A DNA stretch of 64,000 nt from Nitrospirota bacterium (GCA_963845245.1 CAWJRJ010000020.1:133314-197313); one strand, 5' to 3'. Counted from the stretch's first letter, positions 8,169 to 18,409 are shown. Translations and numbers: made by a program. The notes: generated from the sequence alone by a model not told the origin.

Positions 8169-9587
8169 CTACCAGGATATCTCCTTTATCTTCAGTTCGA
8201 TATCCTTTTTGAAGGGCCTGGGCGTCGCTTTCAGCCATGCTGCAAAAACGATATCCCTGTTTATCCTCCCATTACCCGCCGCCGACGCAATTTCCGACTC
8301 TACCTTGCGGCCCGCGGCTTTTCTGAATATCCCCGGCACGAACTTCAATATCTCTTCATGCGTTTTCCTGGCGTCGTCGTCCCATACGGAATCAGAAGAA
8401 ACCGGCTCGTCCTCCTTGTATATATCTCCGGAGACAAGCGAATCAATGAGGGCTTCATACTTCCCGAGCAGCTCGGCAAGAGGCTCGCCGTCAACGGTCA
8501 ATGCCCTCTTCGCGATCATGCCGCAAAAACCGCACTCTTCGCAGTCGCTTGTTGCGCAGTCCTTGGTCTTGAAGAAGCTCAGGAAGTTGGATGGTATCTT
8601 GGAGTTGTCAAGGGAGATACGCTCGCTGACCGGATAGTCCGTTATATCGGCGAACTCCATGAGTTTTGCGGTATTGACGTATTCGTCACGCATGATGTAT
8701 TCGAGGTTTGCTGGAAGAAACGCCTTTTTGCGAGGCAGGTTCAAAAGCTCCACGATGTTTCCATCGTATTTCCGTTTCGTGTAGGCATCAAGATACGAGA
8801 GCAGTGTATCCGATGTCTTATATCTGTCAATTATCTTAAGGCAGTCGATCCCAACCATCTCGTAATCTTCAATGTCCTCCGGCCTTATCCAACGTATCTT
8901 AACTATCTCGACCGGGTTCTTCATCTTGTCTTTTGTGCAGGAGAAGTAACAGTGGTCTACGAGGAAACCTTCGGAGCTATGGCCGCCCTGGGAGCCGTGG
9001 GTCATTACGTTTGCATGGTAGAAGGAGCGGGGACAGCCATAGAGGCAGCCCGGATTTGCGATGAGTATCAGCCTGCATTTCACGGCCTTCCTTATCGCCT
9101 CAAGCATCCTGAAATCCCGGTTTATCTCTTCGGAGAGCACGATAGCGTCGACGCCCAAGTCCTCGAATGCCTGAGCCCGCCTGACGCTTTCCACCCTCGC
9201 CCAGCTCGACACGTTAACCTTAAGGGAGGGGTAATGCTTCTTTATAATCTGCATAAGGTACGGGATGGTGACTGTAACCGAGTCTGCACCGGTGTCGGCT
9301 ACCCAGCCTATATGGTCCAGTATCCTGTGGTATTCGTCCTTCTGGTATTCTTTGTTGTCCAGACACGAGGCGTTCAGCAGGAAATTGAACCTGTGCCCCA
9401 TAGAACGAGCCTCTTTTATATATTCCGCGGCATCATCCTCGGTAACTGCGGGCGCCACAAAGGATGCCCTGCCTCCGGATACGATGCTCCCGGGTACCCC
9501 GCCGAAAAGTTCGACTGGGGTAAACCCCTTGAGCCCACTCAAAAGCGTCTTATCCCAGTTGCAGGCAAGTTCAAAATCCATACTCAA
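8169..9587 (-). CDS. Peptidase U32-family Fe-S protein with C-terminal Cys cluster and PCP_red-like domain
   Basis: GGR, FNFLLNASC, EINRD, ANPGCLYGCP..HCYFSC, WIRPED, LKIIDR; CATSDCEECGFC; tail WDDDAR..VPGIFRKAA. Confidence 0.85.
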   Translation of the reverse strand: MSMDFELACNWDKTLLSGLKGFTPVELFGGVPGSIVSGGRASFVAPAVTEDDAAEYIKEARSMGHRFNFLLNASCLDNKEYQKDEYHRILDHIGWVADTGADSVTVTIPYLMQIIKKHYPSLKVNVSSWARVESVRRAQAFEDLGVDAIVLSEEINRDFRMLEAIRKAVKCRLILIANPGCLYGCPRSFYHANVMTHGSQGGHSSEGFLVDHCYFSCTKDKMKNPVEIVKIRWIRPEDIEDYEMVGIDCLKIIDRYKTSDTLLSYLDAYTKRKYDGNIVELLNLPRKKAFLPANLEYIMRDEYVNTAKLMEFADITDYPVSERISLDNSKIPSNFLSFFKTKDCATSDCEECGFCGMIAKRALTVDGEPLAELLGKYEALIDSLVSGDIYKEDEPVSSDSVWDDDARKTHEEILKFVPGIFRKAAGRKVESEIASAAGNGRINRDIVFAAWLKATPRPFKKDIELKIKEISW

Positions 9588-10138
9588 GTTAATGTCTCCT
9601 TCTCCATCTTGCCGATGAATTCTTCAAGAAATCCTATTTCGGCGTGCGAGTGAGCAAGGTAATGCTCAGGTATTGAAACCAGATGTTGCGGCAGGCCCTT
9701 CTCTTTTGCCTCGTCCCTGTGACGTTCCGCTTCCTTATGGTAATCCTTAAGGTTTACTAGAAGCTCCCTAAGCTGCTCAAGGAACTGGCCCTTGTGTGAT
9801 TCCTCAAGGAAATAAAGGGAGGTATCAAGCGCAAGGTGCGGCCTTTCGAAATTAGTGATGTTGAGTTTTATCAGCTTGTCGAAGGTGCCTATCCCTTCGT
9901 CGGTGATGTGGTATATCTGCTTTTCCGGGTGGGCGCTGTCCTTCAGGACGGTCTTTGAGACCAGACCCTTTTTTTCAAGGATCTTGAGGTTGTGATAAAG
10001 CGAGCCTGAGGTGATAGGGGATATATGGATCAGTTCTTCATCCACGAGCTGCTTAATCTCGTAGCCGTACATGGATTTCTTCTTAAGAAGCCCTAGCAGC
10101 AGGACTTCCTTTGACATGGTGGAGAAAAAACCTGCCAT
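9584..10138 (-). CDS. PadR-family transcriptional regulator
   Basis: LLGLL..MYGYEI..GSLYHNLKILEKKG..YHITDEG winged helix; first gene of the operon. Confidence 0.9.
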   Translation of the reverse strand: MAGFFSTMSKEVLLLGLLKKKSMYGYEIKQLVDEELIHISPITSGSLYHNLKILEKKGLVSKTVLKDSAHPEKQIYHITDEGIGTFDKLIKLNITNFERPHLALDTSLYFLEESHKGQFLEQLRELLVNLKDYHKEAERHRDEAKEKGLPQHLVSIPEHYLAHSHAEIGFLEEFIGKMEKETLT

Positions 10139-10212
10139 GCCGGCCCCCTTTCGAATTATTGAAAAAAGCAGCTCTATTACGGATGAAATAGTTTACGTAA
10201 AATATCCCGCTT

Positions 10213-10242
10213 ATAATATCAGAAGGAGGTGAGACGAGTCAA
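10213..10242 (-). promoter_or_regulatory. Putative sigma70 promoter of the PKS operon
   Basis: TTGACT-18 nt-TATTAT with TGn extension upstream of padR. Confidence 0.5.
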
Positions 10243-11078
10243 GGCAAGAGTTGAGAAATTTTGGCAAGTATTTCAGATAACAACCTGTCAAAATCGGAAC
10301 TGCTCTCCTGTGCGATTTCAAGCACTTCCGTATGGTGGAAGCCATCTTTTGAAAGCCCTGCGGCACGGTTCGAAACAAGAGATATGCCGAGGACTTTCAT
10401 GCCAAGGTACCTTGCCATAATCACCTCGGGAATGGTTGACATGCTTACCGCATCAGCGCCAATGGCTTTTAACATCTTTATTTCGGCAGAGGTTTCATAG
10501 CAAGGCCCGGTCATTGCCGCAAGCACGCCTTTTTGGGCCTTGACGCCGGCCCTGGAGGCAGCATTGACAGCAAGGTCTATATATTCGGCATCGTATGCGC
10601 CAACCATATCGACAAACCTGTCCCGGCCGTCTTCGGCTTGAGGTACGCCAATGAGCGGGTTTGTGCCCATCAGGTTTATATGGTCTTCGATTATCATGAA
10701 AGAACCCGGCTCAAGACCATCCGATATCCCGCCGGACGCATTCGTCACTATTATGCTTGTTGCTCCAAGTACGTTCAGGACCCGGACCGGGAAAGTGACT
10801 TCGGCCATCGACAGACCTTCGTAGAAATGAAAACGTCCCTGCAAAACGCCAATGCCACGTCCAAAAGCCTCGCAAAGAACCAGGTTACCGGCATGCCCGG
10901 GGACGGAAGAAGTGCTGAAATGTGGGATGGATTTGTACGGGATTGTTGTTCTGTCTGGCAGGACTTGGGCCAGGCTTCCAAGTCCTGAACCAAGGACCAC
11001 CGCAACCGAAGGCCTTATGGGTGACTTTGACCTGATGTAATCAGCAGCCTCTGAGACTTGACTAGTGTACTTTGTCAA
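10239..11078 (-). CDS. Purine nucleoside phosphorylase (trimeric PNP family)
   Basis: LGSGLG, GHAG, QGRFHFYEG, TNASG, GPCYET, MSTIPE motifs. Confidence 0.9.
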   Translation of the reverse strand: MTKYTSQVSEAADYIRSKSPIRPSVAVVLGSGLGSLAQVLPDRTTIPYKSIPHFSTSSVPGHAGNLVLCEAFGRGIGVLQGRFHFYEGLSMAEVTFPVRVLNVLGATSIIVTNASGGISDGLEPGSFMIIEDHINLMGTNPLIGVPQAEDGRDRFVDMVGAYDAEYIDLAVNAASRAGVKAQKGVLAAMTGPCYETSAEIKMLKAIGADAVSMSTIPEVIMARYLGMKVLGISLVSNRAAGLSKDGFHHTEVLEIAQESSSDFDRLLSEILAKISQLLP

Positions 11079-11941
11079 TTTTCCTAGGTCCAGTCCGGGT
11101 CTTTTGGGACTGGACCTCCCCGGGTATATCCTTTGAAAAAACTATATTCTTGACCGGGACGCCTTGCCTGCCATACGGTTTTAGTTCTTTGCCGTTATAC
11201 TCTACCTTCACCCCACCGGCATTGCCGAGGTCCAGGTTTATCATTTCGTCGGCCATGATGGAGAGGCTTTCTCCTTTGTTTATGACACCATGTTTTCTCT
11301 GACCTTTGTCCGCACTGTATGAATACCACGACTTATCCATAGCTATTAACTTTACCGACAGTGACGGCTTGGTTTGAGGCGCAGTCTCTTTAGGCATGAC
11401 CTCTTTAACAGATGGTGTTGCGGGTTTGGAGGATGTCACCTGCCTGAAAGTATTGGCGGAGGTGGAAGGCACAAACGGTTTCGGAGATGCTGCATGTACA
11501 GGTGCATCAGAGGTTGAAGTCGGCTCCGGTGCTTTATTTGAGGTAAGCATGATTGCCAGTACGGTGAGGATACCGCCAAGTATAAAGCCCGGCCACTATC
11601 AATACGGGCAGGGGCATCTTCTTGACGACCAAACCGTGCGGTATACGCATAAGCGAAGGTTTCGGCTTGTGCTGTGTCTTGACCTGTGAGTATGAAGGCT
11701 CCGCAGGGGGAGGGTTCAGTTGCCGGTATTTTGCAAGCATCTCATTCTCGGGGATACCCAGCTCCCTTGCGTAGGACCTCAGAAAACCTGTGACAAAAAC
11801 CTCGCCCGGTATGGAAGAATAGTCGTCCGCCTCAAGCGCAGTCAGAAACGACAGGCTTATGCGTGTCTTCTCGGCAATCTGTCTGAGTGTCAGCCCCTTG
11901 TCTTCTCGAGCTGCTCTTAGCTCTTCACCTAATGTAGCCAT
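11062..11941 (-). CDS. rodZ: RodZ-like protein (HTH, TM, DUF4115); frameshift at ~11560-11580
   Basis: N-terminal LGEELRAARE...GFLRSYARELG; C-terminal LGNAGGV. Confidence 0.8.
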
Positions 11942-11947
11942 TTTCCC

Positions 11948-12707
11948 TTACTTTAACAGGTCGAAATATTTTTCAGCCGAGGCCGCAACCTCCGAGCCAG
12001 GAGCTAATTCCTTTGTTTTTTGAAAACACGCCATCGCATCTGCGTTCTTACCAGTCTTGAAATACACAATGCCCAACTCGTAGTAGGCTGATGCATTGTT
12101 TGGGCTCAACTCAAGGGTCTTTTTATAATACTTCACAGCGTCGTCTACCTGACCCATCTTATAGTATTCGTTCGCAAGGTTTTGCATTGCCCGAGTCATT
12201 GTCAGGCTGTACAAGGAGCGCCTCCCTGAAAGACTGCGCCGCCATCTCGCTGTCGCCCATGGAGTCATATGCAATGCCCATGTTTACGAGGGCAGAGTCA
12301 CGCGACTTGTAGAACGTATTTCCAATCGCCGCTTTGAACTCTTTTATGGCCTGCGCGTAATCCTTATTTTGAGCGTAGATCAGTCCCAGGTTGTTGTGGG
12401 CATCCGCATAACCAGGATCCAGGGAGAGAACTTTCTTGAACTCCTTTAAGGCAGCCTCAAGGTTACTCTGCTTGTAGTGGACAACGCCGGCAGCAAAATG
12501 CGCGTCCGCGTTGCTTGAATCCTTCTCTATCGCGCGGTTGAACTCGTATAAAGCAGCCTCATAATTCCCGGACTGCATGCGGTTGAGGCCCATTTTATAG
12601 TGCGAAATGGCCTCTTGAGCCGGGGTGATACGATTTCCGGCGCAACCGGATGACAGGGCAGCCAACAATATCATTGAAACCGCAAATACGAGTATCTTAG
12701 AGGTCAT
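11948..12707 (-). CDS. TPR lipoprotein (PilF/PilW pilotin-like); frameshift at ~12200
   Basis: Lipobox LSSGC, tandem TPRs, located next to rodZ. Confidence 0.75.
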
Positions 12708-13633
12708 ATCATCCCTCCATGTTCATTTATATCTTCAAAATGCGTCAGGCTCTTGAACTCGCGGAACCGTGCCTGTATCTCTTTGTAGTCAAGGCTCTTC
12801 ATCCTGTTAAGGCTGAAGTCTTCCACATTAAACGATGCCATCACGCTGCCGAATATCATAGCCTGCCTGAATGTAGACTCGCTGAAATTGTTAAGGTTGG
12901 CGAGATACCCCATGAAACCGCCTGCAAAACTGTCACCCGCACCGGTGGGGTCAAAGACAGATTCGAGCGGGAAAGCCGGGGCAGAGAACACCCCGTCGGA
13001 GTGAAACATCAACGATCCGTATTCACCCTGTTTTACTATAAGTGTCGACGGCCCCATCCCCTGTATTATTTTGGCGGCTTTCACTAGGTTCGGGACACCA
13101 GCAAGCTGCCGGGCCTCTGCCTCGTTTATAAGAAGGATGTTCACTTCAGCCAGCGTCTTGATGAGCTCGTCTTTCTTCCCATCTATCCAGAAGTTCATGG
13201 TGTCGCAGGCGACAAGCTTGGGTTTTTCTATCTGGTGAAGCACTTCTCTCTGCAGTACCGGGTCGATGTTCGCAAGGAACACAACGTCCGCGTTTTTGTA
13301 TTGTTCTGGTATCTTTGGCTTGAACGTCTCGAAGACGTTTAAATGCGTTTCAAGAGTCTTGGCTTCGTTGAGGTCATAGCCGTATTCGCCTTTCCACCTG
13401 AAGGTCTTTCCGGGTGAGCGCTGGAGCCCTGCCACGTCTATCTTCCTGCTTTTAAGGAATGTGATGTGTTTTTCAGGGAAGTCCTCGCCTATAACTGCTA
13501 CGAGGTTGACGCCGGTGAAATAACTGGCGGCGGTGGAGAAATATGTGGCGGACCCGCCCAAGACTTCGTCTGCCTCGCCGAACGGTGTCTTTACTGTATC
13601 GAATGCCACGGAACCGACTACTAACAGACTCAT
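12704..13633 (-). CDS. PfkB-family carbohydrate/nucleoside kinase
   Basis: LGGSATY and DPTGAGDSFAGG motifs. Confidence 0.9.
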   Translation of the reverse strand: MSLLVVGSVAFDTVKTPFGEADEVLGGSATYFSTAASYFTGVNLVAVIGEDFPEKHITFLKSRKIDVAGLQRSPGKTFRWKGEYGYDLNEAKTLETHLNVFETFKPKIPEQYKNADVVFLANIDPVLQREVLHQIEKPKLVACDTMNFWIDGKKDELIKTLAEVNILLINEAEARQLAGVPNLVKAAKIIQGMGPSTLIVKQGEYGSLMFHSDGVFSAPAFPLESVFDPTGAGDSFAGGFMGYLANLNNFSESTFRQAMIFGSVMASFNVEDFSLNRMKSLDYKEIQARFREFKSLTHFEDINEHGGMI

Positions 13634-13635
13634 TG

Positions 13636-14511
13636 TTACACGCTCCCGACGTTAAAGTATTTTCCGATTAAAAGGTCAAGCTTCTCTTTAGTTTGTCCGG
13701 GGATGAGTGCGGCAGGGGTCATGATGGCATACTTGAGCGCCTCGCCGCACGGGCAAACGCGCGTCTCCGGTATACGCTTGACTGCAGCCTTGATTATCGC
13801 CTTCGCGGTCTCCACGTTGGCCATGAGCGTGGCGATGACCGCGTCAACAGTCACGTCCTCTTCTGTCTCATGCCAGCAGTCGTAGTCGGTGGCAAGGGCG
13901 AGTGTGGCATAGCAGACTTCGGCCTCGCGCGCAAGTTTGGCCTCGGTGGCGTTCGTCATGCCTATGACGTCTACACCCCATTTACGGTGGATCAGGGACT
14001 CGCCCCTCGTTGAGAACTGCGGCCCTTCCATGCAGAGGTATGTGCCGCCCTTGTGCATCGTGGCCCCGGACTTCACGCCGGAATCATAAAGTATCTGCGC
14101 CAGCTCGTGGCATACAGGGTCGGCCATACCCACATGGGCGACCACGCCCTCGCCGAAGTAGGTGCTGGTCCTGTGCTTCGTGAGGTCGTAGAACTGGTCG
14201 GGTACTACTATGTGGCCGGGCACTATCTCTTCCTTCATGCTGCCGACCGCGGATACCGAGATTATGCGCTCGACGCCGAGCTTCTTCATCGCATATATGT
14301 TCGCCCGGTAGTTGACCTCGGTCGGCGTGAACCTGTGCCCTTTGCCATGCCTCGGGAGGAAGGCCACCCGCCTGCCCTCAAGCGTACCGATTATAAAATC
14401 ATCCGATGGGTCGCCGAAAGGGGTATCGACTTTTATCGTCTTGACGTCCGTCAGCCCCTCCATCTCGTAAAGGCCGCTTCCGCCAATAATACCTATAGAT
14501 GCCTCGACCAT
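13636..14511 (-). CDS. mtnP: S-methyl-5'-thioadenosine phosphorylase
   Basis: IGIIGGSG, PRHG, EGPQFST, GMT, TDYDCW motifs. Confidence 0.92.
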   Translation of the reverse strand: MVEASIGIIGGSGLYEMEGLTDVKTIKVDTPFGDPSDDFIIGTLEGRRVAFLPRHGKGHRFTPTEVNYRANIYAMKKLGVERIISVSAVGSMKEEIVPGHIVVPDQFYDLTKHRTSTYFGEGVVAHVGMADPVCHELAQILYDSGVKSGATMHKGGTYLCMEGPQFSTRGESLIHRKWGVDVIGMTNATEAKLAREAEVCYATLALATDYDCWHETEEDVTVDAVIATLMANVETAKAIIKAAVKRIPETRVCPCGEALKYAIMTPAALIPGQTKEKLDLLIGKYFNVGSV

Positions 14512-14621
14512 ATTCTCCCTTAAACAAATAATGATTACAGAAAACTACAGAGCGGCCCACGGACGGGCTAAAAACTTCATAATTATAGGATAAGCCTGAC
14601 TGAATTGTAAAGGTTTTTTCG

Positions 14622-15021
14622 CTATTTAATTGAATTATAATAATCTTCGAGGATTATCTTGTGGTCGAAGCAGATTTGGGACGGCAGGTTGTCACGGGTA
14701 AAGACGCCGACACCCGCTGCATCGTCGCCTGCCTTTGGGGTGCCCTGTCGCCGTGGCTATGAAGACTGTGGTGATGGTATGGAACCTCGTGTCGCGGGAT
14801 GGGTCTGAATAGGTGTGCAGTTGCCTTACAAGTTCAACATCAAGCGAGGTCTCTTCCTTCGCCTCGCGGACGGCGGCCTGCTCCAGAGACTCGCCATAAT
14901 CGACAAACCCGCCCGGGAGAGCCCATCCCTCGGGCGGGTTTTTTCTTTGTATCAGTACTATCCCATCCGGCAGTTCGATGATTATGTCAACTGTGGGGAC
15001 AGGGTTTCTATGTTCCGCCAT
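14622..15021 (-). CDS. NUDIX hydrolase; frameshift at ~14735
   Basis: Nudix box [22 protein letters not shown]; shifted tail AGDDAA...[10 protein letters not shown]. Confidence 0.85.
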
Positions 15022-15400
15022 CAGCCCTCTACCCAGGGCTCCTCGTTCTCGCCGGGCGGCACGGCCGTTGTCTCCGGCCCGACCTCCGTTTGTATGGGGG
15101 AGATTGCGGGGACCGGGGCCTTTACCGGCTCCGCTGCCTTTACCGGTTCCGCGCTTGCTCCGGTTCCGGGTGCGATGTATGCCCAACAAGCTCGACCGCC
15201 CTCTCCGGGACTATCGAGTTGATGGCGTGCTTGTATATCAGGTGCTGGCCGTCGTGCTTCACGAGTATGACGAAGTTGTCGAAGCCCTTCACCAGGCCGT
15301 CGATCTTCCCGCCGCCCGTGATGTTGATGGTTACGCCTATCTTCTCTTTCCTTACGTGGTTTAAAAAAGCGTCTTGCAGGTTGATCTGGGAACGGGACAT
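15021..15400 (-). CDS. hfq: RNA chaperone Hfq with long Pro/acidic C-terminal tail (frameshift at ~15150-15185; ends at 15140 as assembled)
   Basis: [18 protein letters not shown] motifs; downstream of miaA. Confidence 0.85.
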
Positions 15401-15466
15401 GATTACTCCTTTAAAAGGTATCCATTATTCAATACTATTAAAAATTAACCCAAAACCCGGAAAATA

Positions 15467-16382
15467 TCAAGGGCTTTCTTTATTTCCGTCCAAGGCCTGC
15501 CCGCTGTCGGGCAGGCCTGACAGGTCGATCCAGTTCACCCTCGGCTCGGCGTTGAACCATGTGAACTGCCGCTTTGCGTAGCGTTTGCTGTCCCTCTTTA
15601 TAAGGCCGACGGCCTCGTCGAGCGTGTTCTCGCCGTCCAGGTGTGCAAGGAGTTGCTTGTACCCAAGGGCATACATCGATACCATTCCCCTCTTGCAGCC
15701 CATATCCCGAAGCGCCCTCACCTCTTCCAGAAAGCCCGAGGCCATCATTGCATCGACACGCTCTTCGATCCTTTTGTAAAGCTCAGCCCGGTCGCGTTTC
15801 AGGCCCGCAATCCTCACCGGCCTTCCGGTTGACGCAGCCCTGTGCTCTTCGTGCTGTCGGCTTATCGGGGTGCCTTCCTTCTGGTAGACCTCAAGGGCGC
15901 GGATTATCCGGCGGATGTCGGCCGGTTGTATCTTCGCGGCGGATACCGGGTCTACCTTGTCCAGCATGGAGTAGAGCAGCCCCGGCGAGTTGCGTTCCTT
16001 CTCCTCCAAGCTCGCCTCTAAGCACCCAGTCCGCGGACGGGCCATCGATTAAGCCGTTGGTCAGGGCGCGCACGTAAAGCCCCGTCCCGCCGACCACGAG
16101 CGGCACCCTTCCCCTGCTTCTTATGTCCGCAATCGCCTCTTCCGCAAGCTTTAGGTAATCCCCCACGCTGAACTCTTCGCGCGGGTCGGCGACGTCAATC
16201 AGGTGGTGCGGGACGCGGGCGCGCTCACTCCGCGAAGGCTTCGCCGTGCCTATGTCCATCCCCCGGTACACCTGCATCGAGTCGGCGGAGATTATCTCGG
16301 CGTTTATCTCTTCGGCAAGCGAGAGGGAGAGTTCAGTCTTTCCGACGGCCGTCGGGCCGACAATAATTAAGAGTTCATTCAT
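15467..16382 (-). CDS. miaA: tRNA dimethylallyltransferase; frameshift at ~16010
   Basis: GPTAVGKT, DSMQVY, GGTGLY, YAKRQFTWF motifs. Confidence 0.92.
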
Positions 16383-16386
16383 ATTT

Positions 16387-16413
16387 GTAGGGGCCGTACC
16401 CGCGTGTCGGCCC
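16387..16413 (+). repeat. Isolated REP element related to the RAYT REPs
   Basis: GTAG-GGGCCG-tacccgcgtgt-CGGCCC, near-identical to 62999-63024 and 63539-63564. Confidence 0.75.
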
Positions 16414-16425
16414 TGATTAATGTTC

Positions 16426-16545
16426 TCATTTCTGAAATTTATTTATTAATAAATAACTGATAACAACTACACCACCTACAAACGCAATAAGCCTCATCCA
16501 ATCTTCGCCAATCAATTTAGCAAGCTGATCAAATAATTCTCTCAT
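16426..16545 (-). CDS. Small AT-rich putative single-pass membrane protein (39 aa)
   Basis: MRELFDQLAKLIGEDWMRLIAFVGGVVVISYLLINKFQK; ATGA overlap with the inferred mutL stop. Confidence 0.55.
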   Translation of the reverse strand: MRELFDQLAKLIGEDWMRLIAFVGGVVVISYLLINKFQK

Positions 16546-18333
16546 TTACGTTTGAACATCTTCTCCAACTCATTGCCGAAAATTTGATTACCGTCGGCCT
16601 GCCATGCGCGCAGGTATACGGCGACTCGCACTCGAAGAGCTGTTGTATCAGCCGCAGTATCGCCTCGGGGTGGAGCCTCTGCCCGGCCTTTATTGCGCTC
16701 TTGCATGCGATGAGCTGGTACACCTTCTCGCGCAGGTCCTCCACCTTGCCCTTGATGTCGGCTTCCTCTATGTCCGTGAGGATGCCGAGGACGGCCTCTT
16801 TTATGTCCACCTTGTCCATGAAGAGCGGCTTGGAGCGGATGAGGAACGAGCCGCCCCCGAAATGCTCCGCCTCGATTCCTATCTCGTTCAGTTCCGGGAG
16901 TATCCCCTCCATCAGCGCGGCCTCTTTTGCCGTGAGGTCAAGCTGTACCGGGACGAGCAGACCCTGCGAGCCGTGACCCAGCTTCCCATGACGCGCCTTC
17001 ACCTTCTCATACTGTATACGCTCGTGCGCCGCATGCTGGTCTATCACCATGTAACCGTCCTCTGACGGCACGACGATGTACGTGTCGGCCACCTGCAAAG
17101 GCGCGGCCTGACCGCCTGTTTCATAGTGCCTCGTCTCGTCCGGTTTCCACTCGCGCTTCTCCGATTGAATACGCGGCAGGGTGAAGTTCTGCTGCCTGGG
17201 TATGCTCTGCGAATAGTCCCGCGTCGGGTAGTAATCAGGCTTCCCTTCCGACGATTGATACATATGTATCACGGGGCTCGCGTACGCCTCCAGCAAACGG
17301 GGTGAAGCCAGTCGGTATCTGATGCTGTATCTTCCGTTGCCTCCCGTCCCTTGAACGCGTTGGCGATAGCGTCATAAACTACCTTGTGCACCTCTGAGTT
17401 GTCGGCGAACCGCACCTCCCTCTTTGAGGGGTGCACATTCACGTCGACCAAGGCCGGGTCCATAGTTATAAACAGTATTGTCGCTGGGTGCCTGTCCTTC
17501 ATTATCATCGACTGGTATGCGTCGTATATCGCGCGTGTTATTATGTTGTTTTTTACCGGCCTGCCGTTTAAGAATATCTCCTGCCTGCCCTTGTCGGAAT
17601 AGGACTGGCCCGGCGCGGAAACGAAGCCGGACACTGAGAACGCGCCCCTCTCAAGGCCGATCTCCATGAGCCCGTCCGCAAAATTAACGCCATACACCTG
17701 GGCTATCCTGTCCTTTATGTTTCGCACAGGCGGACAGTCGAGCGCCTCCCTGCCCTCATGGGTAAGCCTCAGGTGGACCTCGGGGTGCGAGAGCGCGGTC
17801 TTCTCTATTGCAGCCGCGATGTGGCTGAACTCTGTCTCGCGACTCTTTAAGAACTTTAGACGTGCGGGTGTGTTGAAGAAGAGGTCGCGGACCTCGATGA
17901 TGGTGCCCTTAGGAGTGCCTGCCTCTTTTGCCGTAATGAGCTTCCCGCCCTCTATGATAACAAGTGTGCCGGGCGCGCCGTCGCCGGTGGATGTGACAAG
18001 CCGCATCCTCGATACGGACGCGATGGAGGGTATGGCCTCACCCCTGAACCCGAGCGTGCGGATCGCGGAGAGGTCGTCAATGGAACCTATCTTGCTGGTG
18101 GCGTGCCTCTCAAGGGAGAGCAGGGCATCGTCCGGCCCCATCCCGCAGCCGTCGTCGGACACGCTGATGAGCTTGGTGCCGCCCGACTGGATATCCACGA
18201 ATATGCGGCGGGCGCCAGCGTCGAGCGAGTTCTCGACAAGCTCCTTGACGACCGATGCCGGGCGTTCGACCACCTCACCGGCGGCTATCTTGTTTGCGAG
18301 GTTTTCCGGAAGGACTTTGATTATTACAGGCAT
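16542..18333 (-). CDS. mutL: DNA mismatch repair protein MutL; frameshifts at ~17290 and ~16570
   Basis: IAAGEVVERP, GFRGEA, DVNVHPSK, DQHAAHER, CAHGRP motifs. Confidence 0.95.
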
Positions 18334-18409
18334 GGGGAGGATTATATCAGATACTATACGGGTAATGTACAGCAAAAATTATTAAGCGTTCTCCGGCAGG
18401 GTGACAGGT

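Noticed and set aside
8154..9653. 499-aa plus-strand ORF
   Set aside because: Antisense shadow of the U32 gene with no recognisable motifs
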